Source: Octopus sinensis
Lineage: Eukaryota
DNA: 46,707 bases
NCBI RefSeq assembly: GCF_006345805.1
Contig: NW_021835872.1
Coordinates: 1-46,707, forward strand
Direction: 5' to 3'
This document shows positions 40,045 to 46,707 of the stretch, piece after piece (the stretch's first letter is position 1; each line of letters begins with the position of its first letter). The notes under the pieces were generated by a model, which was not told the DNA's origin, searched no databases, and saw only the letters and a program-made list of their open reading frames with translations. A program made the translations under genes and the position numbers.

Positions 40045-40335
40045 CGTGATCACATGACCGACCAGATGATCGGATGTTGTGATACATCGCTGGTCACAAT
40101 GCACTTTTGTATCATTTTAGCATTCGAATCTTGCTGTCCCTGCTGGTTAGGCGACATTCAGGCCAACATTCTCCCTTGATCAGAAGGCTACTCCGGCGCA
40201 GGGTTGCACATTTACAGCTGAATAAACGGGAGCAACATGAAATGAAGTGTTTTGTTCAAGAATACAACGCGTCACTCGGTCCGGAAATCGTTTGATCGCA
40301 AATGCAACACCCTAACCCCTAGCTCACGTGCATGC
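40045..40335 (-). mobile_element. Degenerate CORE-type SINE
   Basis: Reverse complement contains GTTGTATTCTTGAACAAAACACTTCATTTCATGTTGCTCCCGTTTATTCAGCTGTAAATG. Confidence 0.7.
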
Positions 40336-40454
40336 ATGCGGCTGAAGAGAGCTTTCAACCATCTTTTATATCTATTATACACTGATGTAAGAACAGGTCG
40401 TTTATAAAGCTTGAAACACGTGCACCGCGACATCCTTTGTTTTGATTTTATTTG

Positions 40455-40519
<65 letters not shown>

Positions 40520-40636
40520 AATAAAATAAAAAACAAAGGATGTATATATATAATATAATATATAGGGAGTAATAACTCCAAACTTACAGGGAAAAATTCA
40601 ATATAGTATTAAATCAAATTTCACAATATAAATATA

Positions 40637-40941
40637 TAAAGTATAAATTAGAGATAAAACCACTATTATGCAATTCAAACTGTGATAGACTTAAACCAAA
40701 ACATAAATAACAAATAAAATATATTTTTATAAAACATATAACTAAATCTCAAAAAGTATAAAAATGAATGATCAATATATAATAAGTAAAAAAAATTATG
40801 TATTGATCATTCATTTTTATACTTTTTGAGATCTAGTTATATGTTTTATAAAAATATATTTTATTTGTTATTTATGTATTGGTTTCAGTCTATCACAGTT
40901 TGAATTGCATAATAGTGGTTTTATCTCTAATTTATATTTTA
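40637..40941. repeat. Long AT-rich palindrome (~136-bp arms, 23-bp spacer)
   Basis: 40642-40777 is the reverse complement of 40801-40936 with 3 mismatches. Confidence 0.9.
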
Positions 40942-41382
40942 TTATATATATATAGAGAGAGATTTAGCAATTAAGGACAACTACTTAATAAGGAAAACTT
41001 AACAAGAAATTGTCAGGTAGATAGCGTAAAAACCTCATAAGAGAAAAAATTTCGAAAATAATTATTTCTTATTGAACATATTAATTTATATATAGAGGGC
41101 ATTATACATACATGCCAGAAGGCATTATACATACATGCCAAACGCTAAGAGGGACAATTAGTCATTTCTACCAAAAATATTACTAATTCCTTATTAAGTA
41201 GTTGTCCTTAATTGCTAAATCTTTATTCCGAAAAAACTTTTCCTCTCCCGAAATGCAATTCGTAAAAGTTTGCCATTTATCCGGATGTAATATATGAAAA
41301 CTCCACCATGTGCTTCGTTGATGTTGAGCAGTTAGCTGATCGGCTTAAGCGGGGCAGGGACGTGTTTATTTATAATACATTC

Positions 41383-41430
41383 AGGCCTGCTGATGAGTAC
41401 GTAAGTATGAAATCACTGTGATACAGGTCT
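41383..41430 (+). ncRNA. Type I hammerhead ribozyme, copy 1
   Basis: AGGCCTG (stem I) CTGATGA (core) GTAC-GTAA-GTAT (stem II) GAAA TCAC-T-GTGA (stem III) TA| CAGGTCT (stem I'). Predicted cleavage after the AUA triplet at 41423. Confidence 0.85.
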
Positions 41431-41854
41431 ATATTTTTTTAAATGTCTTACTTTGAAAAATTGCATTCGGTGGGATTAGTAATATTTTTGGTAGAAATGA
41501 CTAATTGTCCCTCTTAGCGTTTGGCATGTATGTATAATGCCTTCTGGCATGTATGTATAATGCCCTCTATATATAAATTAATATGTTCAATAAGAAATAA
41601 TTATTCGAAATTTTTTCTCTTATGAGGTTTTTACGCTATCTACCGACAATTTCTTGTTAAGTTTTCCTTATTAAGTAGTTGTCCTTAATTGCTAAATCTT
41701 TATTCCGAAAAAACTTTTCCCTCCCGAATGCAATTCGAAAAGTTTGCCATTTATCCGGATGTAATATGTAAACTCACCATGTGTCTTGTGATGTTGAGCA
41801 GTTAGCTGATCGGCTTAAGCGCGGGCAGGGTCGTTGTTTATTTATAATACATTC

Positions 41855-41902
41855 AGGCCTGCTGATGAGTACGTAAGTATGAAATCACTGTGATACAGGT
41901 CT
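41855..41902 (+). ncRNA. Type I hammerhead ribozyme, copy 2
   Basis: Identical 48-nt motif; predicted cleavage after 41895. Confidence 0.85.
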
Positions 41903-42041
41903 ATATTTTTAAATGTCTTACTTTGAAAAATTGCATTCGGTGGGATTAGTAATATTTTTGGTAGAAATGACTAATGTCCCTCTTAGCGTTTGGCATGTAT
42001 GTATAATGCCTTCTGGCATGTATGTATAATGCCCTCTATAT

Positions 42042-42085
<44 letters not shown>

Positions 42086-42526
42086 ATATTATATATATAG
42101 ATATATATAGTTACAAATTGAGATAGGGGTTGTAAATGCAACCCTCCATGGGATAACATATATCCAATATACTCTTTTATGTACATTCCTTTATGTACAC
42201 TGATTTGTTCTGCTTTTTATTTAACCTACAGTCTCTTATGTGGTGGTTTAATAAAGTATGTGATTGAGTATTATCTGGTAATTGATATTTGATTTAGATG
42301 TATTTCTCCATTTTCTTATCTTGTATATATATATATATATATATTAGAAATTATATTTGAGTCTTAGTGTATAAAGGCTACATTGAATTTCCAACCGATG
42401 CTGGATGGCTGCCATAAGGTCATCAGCCCCAGCACTGACTTCTGGGTAGCAAAATGAGCCACGTGTAGAGCCGGAAACGTCTGCCTACATCCAAAAATAA
42501 CGAGTATCAATGCAGGAAATTAAAAT

Positions 42527-42740
42527 CAAAACAAGAGCACTCAGAGTACGCAAACCTCCGCCGAGACAACGATTGGCTGGTGATGATTTTTAAAATGAGA
42601 ATTTCTGAAATAAACTCGACGGCTCTCACAAACGAGAATACTAAAAATGAACCCAACGGCTCTCAAAAATTAAGTAAAATAACTCGGGAAAATAAATCCA
42701 GAATCCTTGTCCGGGACCCGATCGATCCCAATGGTAGTCA
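42527..42740 (+). mobile_element. Possible Helentron-type non-autonomous element start
   Basis: AAAACAAGAGCACTCAGAGTACGCAAACCTCCGCC resembles HINE-type termini I recognise; unverified. Confidence 0.35.
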
Positions 42741-43029
42741 TGGAATGTGAAGGTGGCTGTAGAAAATTTAGTATCAGTAATAAATAGTTTATCCTTATCT
42801 AATACAAGCCAAAGTTAACAAATTCACCATTCAAAATAGTTTCATAGGCGGAGGTAATAAGTTCTACTCAGGAATTTGTAAATGAATAACATGAGTTCTT
42901 TTGGTTTTCTCTTCTCTTAAATTCCGGCCTTCCTTTAGTATTCCTGTTGTTTTAGATCGATGTATAGAATGATGTATATATCTAAGTATACTGTAAAGTG
43001 TTGATATATATGTATAATTTAATATAATC

Positions 43030-43427
43030 TTTATATATAAAAGTGAAGTTGTGTGTCTGTCTCCTACGATTTAGATTCCTAACTACTCCCATATTTTGCG
43101 GTGCAGTTTAACCAAAACCGGGTATCTTATAGTCGTGATTCATATCGAGCCCTTCTGGGTATTAGCGCGCGTCTACGATGAGTCTACGATTAAAAAAAAA
43201 AAATTACCATTAATTTTTCCCATTTTTAATGCATTTTTTTGCTATTATATAAGGGAAGTAACTCTCTAAAAATGTTTACGATGAGTCAACGATTTAAAAA
43301 AAAATTTACCATCATTTTTTTCCCATTTTTAATGCATTTTTTTGCTATTTTTTGGCTATAACTCTCTAAAAATGCTTATATAGTTATTTCCCTTACAAAC
43401 CCGAGCAACGCCGGGCGATACTGCCAG
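43030..43427 (+). mobile_element. Non-autonomous Helitron (subfamily E2) with internal ~103-bp duplication
   Basis: A|TC start, hairpin, CCAG|T end (CTAG variant); duplicated segments start at 43174 and 43277. Confidence 0.85.
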
Positions 43428-43561
43428 TAAAATATAATATAATATAATATAATATATATATATATTGCAAAATTATGTTAGTGTTATTTAATTTCTGAAC
43501 GGTTTTGGTGCCGTTTATTTGTGTATTTTGATTTCTTATCCATCAGTTTCTACTAAGATAG

Positions 43562-43641
43562 GCTCAATAAACACTCACAATGCTTTGTCTGGGAATCGAA
43601 ACCGCGTTCTTACGACCGCGAGTCCGCTGCTCTAACCACTG
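43562..43641 (-). mobile_element. SINE family H head fragment
   Basis: Matches 44099-44180. Confidence 0.75.
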
Positions 43642-43811
43642 TTGTTGCACAAAAGATGAAAATGTGCGCGTGCACATGGTTTTTCAAATCGAATTCTTTT
43701 AATTCAAGAAATTCTTATATTTCATAATAAAATCTTAATTTACACATTTATATCCACTTTTGTTTTTTTTTTCCTGTGTCATCACTTTGTTCCTATGTGT
43801 GTGTATATACA

Positions 43812-44196
43812 TGGAAGCACTCCGTCGGTTACGACGACGAGGGTTCCGGTTGATCCGAATCAACGGAACAGCCTGCTCGTGAAATATTAACGTGTAAGTG
43901 GCTGAGCACTCCACAGACACGTGTACCCTTAACGTAGTTCTCGGGGATATTCAGCGTGACACAGAGTGACAAGGCCGGCCCCTTGAAATACAGGTACAAC
44001 AGAAACAGGAAGTAAGAGTGAGAGAAAGTTGTGGTGAAAGAGTACAGCAGGGATCACCACCATCCCCTGCCGGAGCCTCGTGGAGCTTTAGGTGTTTTCG
44101 CTCAATAAACACTCACAACGCCCGGTCTGGGAATCGAAACCGCGATCCTATGACCGCGAGTCCGCTGCCCTAACCACTGGGCCATTGCGCCTCCAC
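43812..44196 (-). mobile_element. tRNA-derived SINE family H
   Basis: Reverse complement begins GTGGAGGCGCAATGGCCCAGTGGTTAGGG...GTTTCGATTCCC (A and B boxes), followed by a ~300-bp body. Confidence 0.75.
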
Positions 44197-44911
44197 ATAC
44201 ATACGTATACACACGCACACTCAGAGGCTCGCACATATTCCTACGCAACATACGAACTCTTTTTGTACGTGAATTCTGAAGAAACCTTAATCGTTAATTT
44301 CACCAATGAAACGAGCTCGTTAAAGAGAACAGAATGACTTTTGCTGAGGAATTTAAATATAGATTTCCTGTAATAATAGACTTGTTGTACGTCAGTATTA
44401 TACGGTTAAGCACAACAAAGATAGAGCACGAACCGTTTAACTGAGAAAGCAATGAGAGAATTACAGTTTGTCAAAGTGTGTGGGATGGTGGGGAGGGACG
44501 TCTGTGACCTTTGTAAGCCTTGGCAAATAACTGATATTCAGTTCAAATTCCTGTAGTTCGACGTCTGTGATGACTCGACTTGCTAGAAATAGCAGTCAAA
44601 TTTCTTCCCAATCCTATCACTGAAGCAAGAGGGAAAAGTTTAAGTATCTTAGGGCTGATAGCATGTTGTCATCTTAATGTGACAGTCCCATAAAAGGGGA
44701 AGAATGCTACTGTTATTTAACCCTAGGAAACACTGTTTCCTGTTGGACTTGAAATATTTCCTTTGTCCTTATGTTTTCAAAGTGGAGACAAGCATCTCCA
44801 TTTAGGGCTGTATACACGAGTAATGGGAATCAACTGGCTGAATTGGAAGCTAGAATTGCAATCGCAAGAACACTGATACGCCAGATCCAGCATTCAGTCT
44901 TCTGAAGAGAA

Positions 44912-45105
44912 TTCTTTTATTCTTTTGCTCTTTTACTTGTTTCACTCATTTGACTGTGGCCATGTTGAAGCACCGCCTTTGTAAGCCTAGTACTTATTCT
45001 ATCGGTCTCTTTTGCCGAACCGCTCAGTTACGGAGACGTAAACACACCAGCATCGGTTGTCAAGTGATGTTGTGGGAACAAACACAGACACAAACACACA
45101 CACAC

Positions 45106-45146
<41 letters not shown>

Positions 45147-45390
45147 ACACACATATATATATATATTTAAAAAAGGAGATGTGGAACACGAGTTGTGATA
45201 TATATAAATATATATATACATACATATATACGATGGGTTTCTTTCAGTTTCCGTTTACCAAATCCACTCACAAGGTTTTGGTTGGCCCGAGGCTATAGTA
45301 GAAGACACTTGGCCAAGGTGCCACGCAGTGGGACTGAACCCTGAACCATGTGGTTGGTAAACAAGCTACTTACCACACAGCCACTCCTAC
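44912..45390 (-). mobile_element. SINE family B, near full length
   Basis: Collinear with 14185-14615, including the internal microsatellite; short deletion in the tail. Confidence 0.88.
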
Positions 45391-45764
45391 GCCTAGGAGA
45401 CATTAAAAAATATAAGCCAAACCTACTATCTTGAATTTGGATTTCATGCCAATCCTCACCTATGGTCACGAATGTTAGGTGCTAACAAAATCCTGTATGG
45501 GCCCCCAGGAGTTGTATGGGCTCCAGGTGAGAACTACTGCACTACAGAGTCACTCGATCTCCTAGAAATAGCAGTCAAATGTCTCACAGGTCATATCCCA
45601 CCGTTATAGAAAAAGTAAAGAGTGATTAGGTTATATAGACTTCGACACATTATGTCTGAAAAAGAATAAAAGAAACCTTCAAGACATGGAATGGTCACGT
45701 TTGGAACTTCTTTGGTTGTAGATCTAAGAGATTACGACTGATCTTGGACAAAATAAGCTTTGAG

Positions 45765-46492
45765 GAATGAGGACAGTCGATTACGTCGACCCCACTACTC
45801 AACTGGTACTTATCTTATTAACTCCGAAAGGATGAAAGGCAAAGTCGACCTCGGCGGAATTTGAACTCAGAACGTAACGGCAGACGAAATACCCATTTCT
45901 TTACTACCCACAAGGGGCTAAACATAGAGAGGACAAACAAGGACAGACAAACGGATTAAGTCGATTATATCGACCCCAGTGCGTAACTGGTACTTAATTT
46001 ATCGACCCCGAAAGGATGAAAGGCAAAGTCGACCTCGGCGGAATTTGAACTCAGAACGTAACGGCAGACGAAATACCTATTTCTTTACTACCCACAAGGG
46101 GCTAAACACAGAGAGGACAAACAAAGACAGACAAACGGATTAAGTCGATTACATCGACCCCAGTGCTTAACTGGTACTTATTTAATCGACCCCGAAAGGA
46201 TGAAAGGCAAAGTCGACCTCGGTGGAATTTGAACTCAAAACGTGAAGACGGACGAAATACCTATTTCTTTACTACCCGCAAGGGGCTAAACACAGAGAGG
46301 ACAAACAAGGACAGACAAAGGGATTAAGTCGATTATATCGACCCCAGTGCGTAACTGGTACTTATTTAATCGACCCCGAAAGGATGAAAGGCAAAGTCGA
46401 CCTCGGCGGAATTTGAACTCAGGACGTAACGGCAGACGAAATACCGCTAAGCATTTCGCCCGGCGTGCTAACGATTCTGCCAGCTCGCCGCC
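45765..46492 (-). mobile_element. SINE family A array: head, three full units and one unit with a diverged tail
   Basis: Head ends at 46492; GAAATACC junction motifs near 46440, 46255, 46072 and 45888. Confidence 0.9.
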
Positions 46493-46707
46493 TTGATCTG
46501 GGACTAAATCATAACAACACTATTACGGCGGCCCGTAGCAACAGTCACTCCACCCACCAAGAACAACACGACATCAGGCTGACCTGGGCTCAAGCAACAG
46601 CGACAACAACAACAACAACAACAGCGGCAAAACAGCAATATCGACTACGAAAGAAGAAGAAGAGAAGAAGAGAACGAATCTTGAAAAAATGATTGGGTGA
46701 AATGTTT

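Larger units (their letters stand above)
40961..42049 (+). mobile_element. Penelope-pLTR/retrozyme-like element: inverted partial unit plus ~1.8 direct units of ~475 bp
   Basis: 40961-41187 is the reverse complement of 41475-41698; direct units start at 41188 and 41665, each with a hammerhead. Confidence 0.75.

Noticed and set aside
42395-42490. Minus-strand CTGATGA and plus-strand GAAACGTC near 42420-42482
   Set aside because: Neither strand gives a complete core with a paired stem II.

Overview
AT-rich eukaryotic DNA dominated by microsatellites and transposon remnants. The repeat families (tRNA-derived SINEs, Dong/R4-type and Tx1-type LINE ends, non-autonomous Helitrons) resemble those I recognise from Octopus-like cephalopod genomes; this is an inference, not a database match. 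I found no intact protein-coding gene, and almost all ORFs in the supplied track are translated microsatellites. The main points of interest are: (1) a ~475-bp tandem unit at 41188-42049 carrying two canonical type I hammerhead ribozymes, preceded by an inverted partial copy (Penelope pLTR / retrozyme architecture); (2) a second dispersed family with a degenerate hammerhead fold that shows covariation in stem I; (3) a SINE that forms one-head, many-body arrays of ~184-bp units, has TSDs starting with GGT, and shares its 3' tail with a Tx1-like LINE; (4) a fixed-ended ~555-bp non-coding element found only in (AAT)n tracts; (5) several nested insertions. Scattered 1-bp indels in tandem copies suggest residual long-read errors, so copy numbers need checking against reads.
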